From contig JAZSDQ010000045.1 of NCBI GenBank assembly GCA_045531235.1, positions 1 to 49,084 of the forward strand: a stretch of 49,084 bases of DNA, written 5' to 3'. Numbering within the stretch: position 1 is the stretch's first letter; the number at the start of each line of letters is the position of its first letter. The notes under the pieces are model-generated. The model had not been told where the DNA came from. It saw only the letters and a program-made list of their open reading frames with translations, and did not search any database. The position numbers were made by a program, and so were the translations under genes. Of the stretch, positions 9,072-17,555 are shown one piece after another. Source of the DNA: Eubacteriales bacterium. GTDB lineage: Bacteria; Bacillota; Clostridia; Oscillospirales; SIG627.

Positions 9072-9848
9072 TTAATAAAAACGGAGTCTTTTTCTTCTTG
9101 CCATTACCCCATCAAGAAGCGGCACGTTTTCCCCGAAAAGACGGAGAAAAACATTGCCAATGGCTTTTCCTGCCGTGCTTTTTTTCATACCGGTCATGGG
9201 AACACCCCGCGCCAAAGCTTTTTCTGCCATGGAATCAAAGGGAACCACGCCGATTATGGGGACGCTTGCTCTTTCAATCACCTCGGTAACGCGGAAGGCA
9301 TTGTCTTTCGGGCTGGTAAGCCGATAGCAATTCAAAACAAGCTTGCATTTCTCCGGCGCTTTCAAGCGCATGGCACAACGCTCAGCGGCTCGAACCGAGG
9401 TGGGTGCAGAGGTAGTAACGAGCACCGTTCGATCCACAAGGGAAGAATCCTCGAAAAAGCGGAACGCTGCTCCGCCGCCTGCAGGCATATCAAAAATAAC
9501 AAGGTCAAAGTTTTCTTTAAAAAAGCTAAGAAGCCCGTCAAATGTTTCCTGAGTCAGATCTTTTAGATCCGATTCGTTGAAAAAGACAGGGGCTGAAAGG
9601 AAATATACGCCATCATCACCGGGAACGAGCGCTCTGTCACAGCTGACGGCACCAAGCGCAAGATCAAGAAAGGTTGGGATCACGGCATCTTCCCTGCCCA
9701 TGGCAATATCAAGGCCGCCGGTTCCAAGATCCATATCAATAGCAAGGGTCCGTTTTCCCATTTGCGCTGCTTCCAACGCAAGGCCGGAGGAAAACAAGGT
9801 CTTGCCAACGCCGCCTTTCAAGCTGGTTACAACAACGATCTGTCCCAC
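9072..9848 (-). CDS. minD: MinD/ParA-family ATPase (septum site-determining MinD-like)
   Basis: GTG start after AAGGAG; deviant Walker A KGGVGKT; DMDLG; IFDMPAG; VRAAER; IIGVVPFD. Confidence 0.75.
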   Translation of the reverse strand: MGQIVVVTSLKGGVGKTLFSSGLALEAAQMGKRTLAIDMDLGTGGLDIAMGREDAVIPTFLDLALGAVSCDRALVPGDDGVYFLSAPVFFNESDLKDLTQETFDGLLSFFKENFDLVIFDMPAGGGAAFRFFEDSSLVDRTVLVTTSAPTSVRAAERCAMRLKAPEKCKLVLNCYRLTSPKDNAFRVTEVIERASVPIIGVVPFDSMAEKALARGVPMTGMKKSTAGKAIGNVFLRLFGENVPLLDGVMARRKRLRFY

Positions 9849-9908
9849 AATTCTCTCCTTACACAGATTTTTTCAAAGCAAGCGATATTTCCATAAAAAC
9901 TCTATGAT

Positions 9909-9937
9909 ATATTAACATAAGAAGGAATTTTCGTCAA
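9909..9937 (-). promoter_or_regulatory. Sigma-A-like promoter for the minD-mgsA-aspS operon
   Basis: TTGACG-17 nt-TAATAT with TG extension on the minus strand. Confidence 0.55.
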
Positions 9938-10065
9938 TATTTTTACCGTCATTTCAGCACTTTCTACAAATATGAGAAGACATTTTTTCCACCCCGGTCT
10001 TGAGCGATAGAAAAAAACTCAAATTGCGCAGCTTTTCATGCTTACGGGCTTTTTTGGGAAAGCTC

Positions 10066-10094
10066 TTGATTTTATTTGATTTGTCGTTTATAAT
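10066..10094 (+). promoter_or_regulatory. Sigma-A promoter for metK
   Basis: TTGATT-17 nt-TATAAT. Confidence 0.65.
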
Positions 10095-10138
10095 AATTAA
10101 TTGTCAAAGACAAAAATATACCATTTGAGGGCTATGAT

Positions 10139-11275
10139 ATGAAACAGTTTTTTACATCCGAATCGGTTACCGAAGGACATCCCGATAAGATCTGCGACCA
10201 GATCTCCGATGCTGTCCTTGATGCCATTCTCGCAGTAGACCCTATGGCAAGAGTTGCATGTGAAACTGCAGTCACTACAGGTCTTGTTCTTGTAATGGGC
10301 GAGATTACCACCACTGCCGTGGTTGATTTCCAGCAGCTTGTGCGTGATACCATCCGAGGCATCGGTTACGACCGTGCAAAATTCGGTTTTGACTGCGATA
10401 CCTGTGCTGTTATCAGCTCCGTACATCAGCAGTCCCCCGATATTGCAATGGGCGTAGATGCAGAAGGTGCAGGAGACCAGGGTATGATGTTCGGCTATGC
10501 TTGCGACGAAACTCCCGAGCTTATGCCTCTGCCCATTTCCTTGGCACACAAACTTGCAAAAACCTTAACCAACGCCAGAAAAAGCGGTGTTCTCCCCTAT
10601 CTTCGTCCCGACGGAAAAACGCAGGTTACCGTAGAATATGAAGACGGCGTTCCCCGTCGCATTGCAACCATCGTAGTCTCCAGCCAGCACAGTGCCACTG
10701 CAGATCAGACGACCATTCGTAAAGACATTATCAAGCACGTGATCCGTCCTACCATTGATCGCAAGCTGATTGATAAAAACACCAAGATCTTCGTTAACCC
10801 CACAGGTCGCTTTGTAGTAGGCGGTCCCCAGGGCGACAGCGGCCTGACCGGCAGAAAGATCATCGTGGATACCTACGGCGGCTATTCCCGTCACGGCGGC
10901 GGTGCATTCTCCGGCAAAGATCCCACGAAGGTAGACCGCAGCGCTTCCTATGCTGCAAGATACCTTGCAAAGAACGTAGTTGCCGCGGGACTTGCCAAAA
11001 AATGCGAAGTTCAGATCTCCTATGCCATCGGTGTAGCAAAACCCACCTCCGTTTTGGTGGATACTTTCGGCACAGGACTACTTGCCGATGACGTGATTGC
11101 CGAAAAGCTTCAGGAGCTGGTTGACCTGACTCCTCAAGGCATTATCCGCACTCTTGATCTGCGCCGTCCTATTTATAAGCCCTTTGCTTCCTACGGACAC
11201 ATGGGTCGCGAGGAACTGGACGCTCCATGGGAAAAGACAGATCTTGCAGAAAAGCTGAAAAGCCTGATCGATTAA
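10139..11275 (+). CDS. metK: S-adenosylmethionine synthetase
   Basis: [13 protein letters not shown]; GAGDQG; [14 protein letters not shown]; [16 protein letters not shown]. Confidence 0.99.
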   Translation: MKQFFTSESVTEGHPDKICDQISDAVLDAILAVDPMARVACETAVTTGLVLVMGEITTTAVVDFQQLVRDTIRGIGYDRAKFGFDCDTCAVISSVHQQSPDIAMGVDAEGAGDQGMMFGYACDETPELMPLPISLAHKLAKTLTNARKSGVLPYLRPDGKTQVTVEYEDGVPRRIATIVVSSQHSATADQTTIRKDIIKHVIRPTIDRKLIDKNTKIFVNPTGRFVVGGPQGDSGLTGRKIIVDTYGGYSRHGGGAFSGKDPTKVDRSASYAARYLAKNVVAAGLAKKCEVQISYAIGVAKPTSVLVDTFGTGLLADDVIAEKLQELVDLTPQGIIRTLDLRRPIYKPFASYGHMGREELDAPWEKTDLAEKLKSLID

Positions 11276-11277
11276 AC

Positions 11278-11305
11278 AAAAAAGCACCCTTTCGGGTGCT
11301 TTTTT
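11278..11305. terminator. Bidirectional intrinsic terminator
   Basis: AAAAAAGCACCC-TTTC-GGGTGCTTTTTT between convergent metK and trmO. Confidence 0.9.
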
Positions 11306-11972
11306 ATGCTTTTTCGATGGAAACCACCTTGGCAATACCTTGAGAAACCGTAAAACGAATTTCAAAGCCTGCAAAAGAAAAGCCGTAGATCCTTTGAGAA
11401 TCCTCCTGATAGGAAGGACGGGGATCCTGCCGCAAAATTTCAAGTAAAGATCCTCTCTTTTCCATTGGAAGCTTCTCTAAAAGCAAAGCATCGCAGCACA
11501 CCTCAAGACCGTCCGATAAATGCCTTTGGGCAAATCCTCCGGAAGCCTCGGGATGTGAATCGGTATAGGCAAGATACGGCTTAATATCAAAGATGGGAGT
11601 GCCGTCCATAAGATCGGCACCCTTGACCACAAGCACCATTCCTTGCTCAGTTTTTTCAATGCGACAAAGACGGACGCAGGAAAGGCCGATGGGATTGGGA
11701 CGGAACGGAGATCGGGTAGCAAAAACTCCCCTTCTTTCGTTGCCGCCCAGCCGCGGCGGTCGAACCGTGGGAGAATAGCCTTTATCTTCATTCTCGGAAA
11801 AGCACCAAAGAAGCCAAAGATGAGAAAATTCCTCAATACCTCGAATAAAGTCCGGATTTTGAAATTCCTTTTCAAAAACGATACGGCTTTCCAGTTCATC
11901 CAAAATTCCGCTTTGTCTGGGAATGGCAAATTTTGTGGGAAAATCCGTTTGGATATGGGCGATAACGCGCAT
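11304..11972 (-). CDS. trmO: tRNA (N6-threonylcarbamoyladenosine(37)-N6)-methyltransferase TrmO/TsaA
   Basis: KFAIPRQSG; PTVRPPRLGGN..RGVFATRSPFRPNPIGLS; DLMDGTPIFDIKPY; QDPRPSYQ. Start placed at the ATG at 11972, after AGGAGG. Confidence 0.93.
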   Translation of the reverse strand: MRVIAHIQTDFPTKFAIPRQSGILDELESRIVFEKEFQNPDFIRGIEEFSHLWLLWCFSENEDKGYSPTVRPPRLGGNERRGVFATRSPFRPNPIGLSCVRLCRIEKTEQGMVLVVKGADLMDGTPIFDIKPYLAYTDSHPEASGGFAQRHLSDGLEVCCDALLLEKLPMEKRGSLLEILRQDPRPSYQEDSQRIYGFSFAGFEIRFTVSQGIAKVVSIEKA

Positions 11973-11987
11973 AAAGCCTCCTAAAAA

Positions 11988-12016
11988 CAAAAAAGCTTCT
12001 GCAAGGCAGAAGCTTT
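11988..12016 (-). terminator. Intrinsic terminator after the tRNA pair
   Basis: Minus strand AAAGCTTCTGC-CTT-GCAGAAGCTTTTTT directly after the tRNA-Asp CCA. Confidence 0.75.
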
Positions 12017-12092
12017 GGCGACCTGAAGGGGGCTCGAACCCCTGACCTCTAGCGTGACAGGCTAGCGTTCTAACCAACTGAACTACCAGGCC
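12016..12092 (-). tRNA. tRNA-Asp (GUC)
   Basis: GGCCTGGTAGTTCAGTTGGTTAGAACGCTAGCCT-GTC-ACGCTAGAGGTCAGGGGTTCGAGCCCCCTTCAGGTCGCCA; cloverleaf with encoded CCA. Confidence 0.98.
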
Positions 12093-12095
12093 AAA

Positions 12096-12171
12096 TGGAG
12101 CGGATTACGGGGCTCGAACCCGCCACCTCGACCTTGGCAAGGTCGCGCTCTACCAAATGAGCTAAATCCGC
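12096..12171 (-). tRNA. tRNA-Gly (GCC)
   Basis: GCGGATTTAGCTCATTTGGTAGAGCGCGACCTT-GCC-AAGGTCGAGGTGGCGGGTTCGAGCCCCGTAATCCGCTCCA; cloverleaf with encoded CCA. Confidence 0.98.
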
Positions 12172-12201
12172 ATAAGCTGCAAGGCGTTTTGCAGCTTGGG
12201 T

Positions 12202-12231
12202 AGTATAACACACGAAAAGAGAGTTTGTCAA
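12202..12231 (-). promoter_or_regulatory. Sigma-A promoter for tRNA-Gly/tRNA-Asp
   Basis: TTGACA-18 nt-TATACT with TG extension, about 30 nt upstream of tRNA-Gly. Confidence 0.8.
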
Positions 12232-12237
12232 GTGTTT

Positions 12238-13137
12238 TTACAACACAAGATACACCCATAAAGGAACGGTTGCCATCGAAAAAATATGGGTAATGAGAGT
12301 AAGACTTGCGCCAATGCGGCAATTCTTCCCTATAAGCTTTGGAAATACGATGGGGTTCAAACCGCCGGGCATGCACGCCATCAGAACGGCGAACACAACA
12401 ACTTCATCCAAGCCGAATACCTTGCAAATGGAAAACAAAAGCAGCGGAAGTCCCACAAGTCGGAAAAAAGTCATCACATAGACGGATCTATCGCAAATCA
12501 ATTCCTTAAACGAAAAGGTGGAAAGAACAAGCCCTGTAATAATCATGGCAAGTGGACCTGCACAAGCGGAACCCATAGATAATATCTTATCACAGAATGA
12601 CGGAACGGGGATATGAAACAAGCCGAAAATCATTCCGAAAACCAGAGAAACGGTAATGGTATTAAAAAGGTTCTTCGCCGTGAATTTCTTCTCCGTTAAA
12701 AGAAGAAACCCGAAGCTGTTGGTATAAATGCTGAAAGGAACACAAAAGAGGATCATACCTGTAAGCGCCGCAAGCCCAAGGGATTCCTCAATGAGTACAT
12801 AGCCAAGATAAGCGTAATTACAAATGGCAACGGAATAGCGGTATACATTTTTTTCATAGTGGTCTTTGGTCAACAAATGCGCGATGGGGTAAGCGATCAA
12901 TATTAAAATGGCCAAAAACAATACGCCGAACAAAACAATGGTATAATGCTCTTTCAAATAAGCTATCGTAAAATTTTGAGAAAGAGATCGGAAAATCTTG
13001 CACGGCAAAAACAGATTCACGATCAAAAAAGAAATTAAGCTTGCATAATCCGGCAGTTCCTTGCGAATCTTTCCAAAAAGCCATCCAAGAAACAGGAAGA
13101 CATATAGAACTATAAGGTTTGAAAAAATAGTCCGCAT
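12238..13137 (-). CDS. AEC (auxin efflux carrier / malate permease) family transporter
   Basis: About 10 hydrophobic segments; N.FLPC.IF; NYAYLGY; GPLAMIITG; MPGG. Start at 13137 fits GAGGA spacing (alternative 13143). Confidence 0.85.
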   Translation of the reverse strand: MRTIFSNLIVLYVFLFLGWLFGKIRKELPDYASLISFLIVNLFLPCKIFRSLSQNFTIAYLKEHYTIVLFGVLFLAILILIAYPIAHLLTKDHYEKNVYRYSVAICNYAYLGYVLIEESLGLAALTGMILFCVPFSIYTNSFGFLLLTEKKFTAKNLFNTITVSLVFGMIFGLFHIPVPSFCDKILSMGSACAGPLAMIITGLVLSTFSFKELICDRSVYVMTFFRLVGLPLLLFSICKVFGLDEVVVFAVLMACMPGGLNPIVFPKLIGKNCRIGASLTLITHIFSMATVPLWVYLVL

Positions 13138-13146
13138 AAGCATTCC

Positions 13147-14046
13147 TCACTTATCAGATAGAGAAATTGACTTAATGCTGGAGGCATATTCTGAAGGAGT
13201 CATGCCGGTAACCGCCTTAAATCGACGGGAAAAATAGTGAATGGAGGAATATGAAAGCTGATGAGAAATTTCAGAAAAATTCAGCTTTTTTTCGCGAATA
13301 AGCTCCTTGGCACGGTCAATTTTCATACGCTGAAAATGTTGCATCACACCGCAACCGACTTTATGCTGAAACAGCTTTTGCAAGGAAGACTCACTGATAA
13401 AAAACTGCCTTTGAATATCTAAAGAAGAAAGATCCTTTTCAATATTTTCATTCAAAAAATCGCAGATCAAGCGAAGCCGCTCTTCATCTTTTCTACGACG
13501 GTGAACTTCCTTTTCCGTTTCCTCTTTTACACCATCTCCGTGATAGCGGCGGATCAAAGAGATAAAAAGCTCCTCCAAACGATGAGAAATCAATTGCTCA
13601 CAACCAAATGCAGATTTTTCTCTTCGAACAAGCTCGGCGGTATACGGATCGCCCAAGGGTGTTGAAAAAGCATTGACGGCTTCCTCGATGATCCCTGACA
13701 AAAAGGATTTTTCCGATTCCGTACAAATAAGAGGACGGCCGGCCAATTCATACAGTTCTTTTGCTTGAGATGAAAATGCAACGATGACGGAATTCGGTGC
13801 ATTCTGCCCGTTGCCGCGAACATTGTGAAACTCCATCGGTTGATGCAAAAACATCGTACCTTGAGGCAAAATAATTTCTTTGGTATCTGCAGTGATCACA
13901 AGCTCATTTTTATCTGCATAAACAAGCTCCCAAAAATCATGAAGCTCACCGGAAAATGCAAAATCCACCGCATACTCAAAATAGTGAACAGAAATAACAT
14001 CGTCCACAGCAAACTCTTTTTTTAGCACTGTCTTTTTGTATTCCAC
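13147..14046 (-). CDS. AraC-family transcriptional regulator with N-terminal cupin domain
   Basis: GELHDFWELVY...P.EFH cupin; C-terminal SEISHQLSYSSIHYFSRRFKAVTGMTPSEY HTH; GTG start after GAGGTG. Confidence 0.93.
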   Translation of the reverse strand: MEYKKTVLKKEFAVDDVISVHYFEYAVDFAFSGELHDFWELVYADKNELVITADTKEIILPQGTMFLHQPMEFHNVRGNGQNAPNSVIVAFSSQAKELYELAGRPLICTESEKSFLSGIIEEAVNAFSTPLGDPYTAELVRREKSAFGCEQLISHRLEELFISLIRRYHGDGVKEETEKEVHRRRKDEERLRLICDFLNENIEKDLSSLDIQRQFFISESSLQKLFQHKVGCGVMQHFQRMKIDRAKELIREKKLNFSEISHQLSYSSIHYFSRRFKAVTGMTPSEYASSIKSISLSDK

Positions 14047-14168
14047 ACGATCACCTCACAAAAACATTTTACCTCTTTTTGACAAAAAAAGCAAGCGTTT
14101 TTTTACTGAAAAATGCAAATTTTATTGTTAAGTAAACACTTATTTTTGCTTTTCATCTGAAAAAAAGT

Positions 14169-14177
14169 GTGATATAA
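14169..14177 (+). promoter_or_regulatory. Extended -10 element upstream of nagA (no clear -35)
   Basis: TGATATAAT about 30 nt before the ATG; a poor -35 would fit activation by the divergent AraC (inference). Confidence 0.5.
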
Positions 14178-14207
14178 TGAAAAAACCAACTTAACAAGGA
14201 GGAACCA

Positions 14208-15287
14208 ATGAATCGCAATGTAATAAAAAACGCCCTGATAGGGGGTACGCTTTGTAACATTGTAATGGAAGACGGAAAAATTGTTTCCATCAATCAAGAA
14301 AAAGGACTTACCGGCATTGATGCTGAGGGAAGACGCGTTGTCCCCGGCATGATCGAAGTACACGCTCACGGCTGTATCGGAATGGATGCGCTGGACGCGA
14401 ACTTCGAACCAATGTGCGACTTTCTCGCAAAAAAAGGAACCACCACTTGGCTTCCTACGACCATGACCATGGACGCAGAAACGCTCATTGAAGTTACCCA
14501 TACAAAAACGGATTTCCCCGGAACGCAGATCCCCGGATTTCACCTGGAAGGACCCTACATTTCCCCAAAATATAAAGGCGCGCAAAACGAAGATTATATC
14601 AAGGCACCCGACTATGAAGAATTCAAAAAATTCGGCAAGGTAAAAATGATTACCGTAGCTCCCGAACAACCGGGCAGTATGGAGTTCATCCGCCGTATTA
14701 CCTCCGAGGGCGTGATCGCTTCTCTCGGCCACACCGATACCGATTACGATACTGCCATTGAAGCCATTGAAAACGGTGCAAACTGCCTGACTCACACCTT
14801 CAATGCCATGCAGCCCCTCCACCATCGCAAGCCCGGTCCCATCGGTGCCGCTGCGGAAAAAGGCATTTGGGCACAGATCATTTGTGACGGTGTACACATT
14901 CACAAGGCAAGCATTCTTGCCGCATACAAAATGTTCGGCAGCGATCGTCTCACCCTGATCAGTGATGCCATTCGTCCCGCCGGTCTTCCCGAAGGAACGG
15001 TATCCGAATCCGGCGGCATTCCCGTAAAGGTTCGTGACGGTGCTGTTTACCTTGACGGCACCGACACCCTTGCAGGAAGCGGTTCTACTCTTTGGCACTG
15101 CGTAAAATGCGCGGTCAAGATGGGTATTTCCTTCGAGGAAGCTGTGAAAATGGCTACCGAGACCCCTGCAAAGCTTCTCGGCATTAACAAGGGACAGATC
15201 AAAGAAGGCTTTGACGCCGACCTTTTGATCATTTCCGATAAAATGGAAATCGACGATGTCATCATCGCCGGAGAAAGGTATCAGTAA
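14208..15287 (+). CDS. nagA: N-acetylglucosamine-6-phosphate deacetylase
   Basis: PG.IEVHAHG; HLEGPY; KGAQ; GHT; THTFNAM..LHHR.PG; ICDGVHIH; LISDA; LAGS. Confidence 0.95.
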   Translation: MNRNVIKNALIGGTLCNIVMEDGKIVSINQEKGLTGIDAEGRRVVPGMIEVHAHGCIGMDALDANFEPMCDFLAKKGTTTWLPTTMTMDAETLIEVTHTKTDFPGTQIPGFHLEGPYISPKYKGAQNEDYIKAPDYEEFKKFGKVKMITVAPEQPGSMEFIRRITSEGVIASLGHTDTDYDTAIEAIENGANCLTHTFNAMQPLHHRKPGPIGAAAEKGIWAQIICDGVHIHKASILAAYKMFGSDRLTLISDAIRPAGLPEGTVSESGGIPVKVRDGAVYLDGTDTLAGSGSTLWHCVKCAVKMGISFEEAVKMATETPAKLLGINKGQIKEGFDADLLIISDKMEIDDVIIAGERYQ

Positions 15288-16666
15288 TGAAACATTTAGG
15301 ATTTAGCGTAGAACTGAAAAACAAGCCCGCTTTGGACCCCGATTTTCTCCCCTTTTACCGTTGGGAAAATGAATATCTGAAAGGTGCTTCCGAGCCCATC
15401 GCAGTAGCCATTCGCCGTAACGACGGAAAGGTAGCGGTCCTTGACACCAAAATCTACGGTGACGATGAGCATTTCGCTGCAGACTGCTATTACATTGAAA
15501 GGAAGATCAAGTTTCTTCTTTGGGCAAAGGGCGGCTTTGAGGTTACCGTTTGCGGAAATGAAAAGGTATACGAATACATCAAAAAAGAATATTCCGCTGA
15601 TGGCGCCAGAAAATTTGATTTCAAGACCATGGGTGATGTTTACGAATCTCCCTTTACGGTAAAGCTTCTCCCCTATTCCGCAAAGCCTGAAGAAAAAGAT
15701 GCTTCTCAACCCGTTGGCGGTCACATGGATGGCTGCCGCATCGGCTTTGACGCCGGAGGAAGCGACCGCAAGGTCAGCGCAGTGATCGATGGCGAAGTGG
15801 TATATTCCGAGGAAGTGGTCTGGTTCCCCAAGACCAACTCCGATCCCGAATATCACTTTAACGGAATCGTGGAAGCATTCCGCACGGCAGCCTCTAAAAT
15901 GCCTCGCGTCGATGCCATCGGTATCAGCTCTGCCGGTATTTACGTAGACAACAGAACAATGCTCGCTTCTCTCTTTTTAAAGGTATCCCCCGAAGATTTC
16001 AATGCCAAGGTAAAAGATATCTACATCCGTGCAGGCAAAGAGATCGGCGACGTTCCTCTCCTTGTTGCTAACGACGGCGACGTCACGGCGCTCGCAGGCG
16101 CAATGGAACTGAAGGACAATTCCGTTCTCGGTATTGCCATGGGTACCAGCGAAGCAGGCGGTTATGTTGACGAAAAGGGCAACGTTACCGGTTGGCTGAA
16201 CGAGCTTGCATTTACTCCCATCGACGCCAATCCCGGCGCCATGGAAGACGAATGGAGCGGCGATATCGGATGCGGCGTAAAATACTTCTCTCAGGATGGT
16301 GTTATTAAGCTTGCGCCCAATGCAGGAATCGAATTGGATCCTGCCCTTTCCCCCGCTGAAAAGCTGAAGGTCGTCCAGGCAGAAGTAGAAAAAGGCAACG
16401 AAAAAGCTCTTGATATTTACCGTTCCATTGGTGCATATCTTGCACATACCCTGCCCCTTTACAGCGAGATTTACAGCATCCGTCACCTTTTGCTTCTCGG
16501 TAGAGTTACCAGCGGAAAAGGCGGCGAAGCTTTGGTAGAAACCTGCAAGAAGGTTTTGAAGGAAGAATATCCCGAACTGAATATCAACATTGCGCTTCCC
16601 GATGAAACCAACCGCAGAGTCGGTCAGAGTGTTGCTGCCGCGGGCCTTCCCGAAATCGTAAAATAA
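15287..16666 (+). CDS. ROK-family protein (probable sugar kinase) with long N-terminal extension
   Basis: IGFDAGGSDRK; IGISSAG; ANDGDVTALAG; GIAMGTSEAGG; TAATG overlap with nagA. Confidence 0.8.
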   Translation: MKHLGFSVELKNKPALDPDFLPFYRWENEYLKGASEPIAVAIRRNDGKVAVLDTKIYGDDEHFAADCYYIERKIKFLLWAKGGFEVTVCGNEKVYEYIKKEYSADGARKFDFKTMGDVYESPFTVKLLPYSAKPEEKDASQPVGGHMDGCRIGFDAGGSDRKVSAVIDGEVVYSEEVVWFPKTNSDPEYHFNGIVEAFRTAASKMPRVDAIGISSAGIYVDNRTMLASLFLKVSPEDFNAKVKDIYIRAGKEIGDVPLLVANDGDVTALAGAMELKDNSVLGIAMGTSEAGGYVDEKGNVTGWLNELAFTPIDANPGAMEDEWSGDIGCGVKYFSQDGVIKLAPNAGIELDPALSPAEKLKVVQAEVEKGNEKALDIYRSIGAYLAHTLPLYSEIYSIRHLLLLGRVTSGKGGEALVETCKKVLKEEYPELNINIALPDETNRRVGQSVAAAGLPEIVK

Positions 16667-16672
16667 AAGAAA

Positions 16673-16708
16673 ATAAAAAAGAAGCTGCATATGCAGCTTC
16701 TTTTTTAT
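16673..16708. terminator. Bidirectional terminator (perfect 36-bp palindrome)
   Basis: ATAAAAAAGAAGCTGCAT|ATGCAGCTTCTTTTTTAT between convergent genes. Confidence 0.85.
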
Positions 16709-16727
16709 GAAAAAAGGCAAATCAAAA

Positions 16728-17393
16728 TTATAGAACATAAAGAAAAATTGCAAAAAAGTGAAGGATACAAGCAAAAAGAACGAAAACGTGAAAGACAGAA
16801 TGAACATACTGTACATTGTTCTTTTTGCCCATCATATAAATCACTGCGCCGATGGTATAAAGCACACCGCCGATAAAAATGAGCCACATTCCCTGCGCAC
16901 CCAATGCAAGGATCGTTTCTTTCAGACAAAACAAGACGCACCACCCCATGGCAAGATATGCAATCATGGAAAACACACGGAATTTATGCATATTTACAGC
17001 GGTCAGAACGATGGCAACCAATGCCGAGACCCACACAACGAAAAATAAAATCAAGGCTTTTATGGGAGTGATTTTGTACAGAGAAACGAGAACGATGGGC
17101 GTATACGTCCCTGCGATGAGAAGGTAAATGGTGCAATGGTCAATGACACGGAATACTTTTTTTGCTTTTATGGGTACAAGACCGTGATAAATGCTGGACA
17201 TGGTAAACAAAAGGATGATGGAAGAGCCGTAAACAGCAGAAGAAACCACCGATACCACAGAGCCCGATAACGCTGAGCGAATGACACACAGAACCAGCGC
17301 AAGGATGCCGAAAGCCCCTCCTATAATATGAGTGATCATATTACATATTTCCTCTTTTCGAGTGTACGGCGGCAGTGTAATAGTGCTTTTCAA
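16728..17393 (-). CDS. Hemolysin III / PAQR family membrane protein (TrhA-like)
   Basis: EE..N.ITH; SSIYH; DHCTIYLLIAGTYTP; YLAMGW; GG.LYTIG; H.VFHVFV. Confidence 0.93.
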   Translation of the reverse strand: MKSTITLPPYTRKEEICNMITHIIGGAFGILALVLCVIRSALSGSVVSVVSSAVYGSSIILLFTMSSIYHGLVPIKAKKVFRVIDHCTIYLLIAGTYTPIVLVSLYKITPIKALILFFVVWVSALVAIVLTAVNMHKFRVFSMIAYLAMGWCVLFCLKETILALGAQGMWLIFIGGVLYTIGAVIYMMGKKNNVQYVHSVFHVFVLFACILHFFAIFLYVL

Positions 17394-17429
17394 AAGAATC
17401 CATCTCCTTGTAATCTTGTTTTCGATACT

Positions 17430-17458
17430 ATGTTATCAAATCATAAGCTCTATGTCAA
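17430..17458 (-). promoter_or_regulatory. Sigma-A promoter for the hemolysin-III family gene
   Basis: TTGACA-17 nt-TAACAT with TG extension. Confidence 0.6.
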
Positions 17459-17497
17459 GACTTTCGACAAAGAAAGTGCATTTTTACGCCTATTTTC

Positions 17498-17525
17498 TTG
17501 ACGAATCATAAAAAGAGTGTATAAT
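17498..17525 (+). promoter_or_regulatory. Sigma-A promoter for the PRTase gene
   Basis: TTGACG-16 nt-TATAAT. Confidence 0.65.
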
Positions 17526-17555
17526 AAAAATGATATTACGAACGGAGAAACGAAA

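Noticed and set aside
9940-10138. Possible SAM riboswitch upstream of metK
   Set aside because: No S-box or SMK consensus is visible, and the predicted promoter leaves only about 40 nt of leader.
12016-12240. tRNA genes as an integration site for an island
   Set aside because: No integrase, no duplicated tRNA 3' end and no obvious compositional shift nearby.
11973-12376. N-terminal extension of the trmO ORF and the 97-aa ORF at 12083-12376
   Set aside because: These are spurious translations through the tRNA genes; trmO has a strong RBS at the 11972 start.
16728-17393. Hemolysin III as a toxin or virulence gene
   Set aside because: This is a ubiquitous PAQR-family membrane protein; the family name does not imply toxin function.
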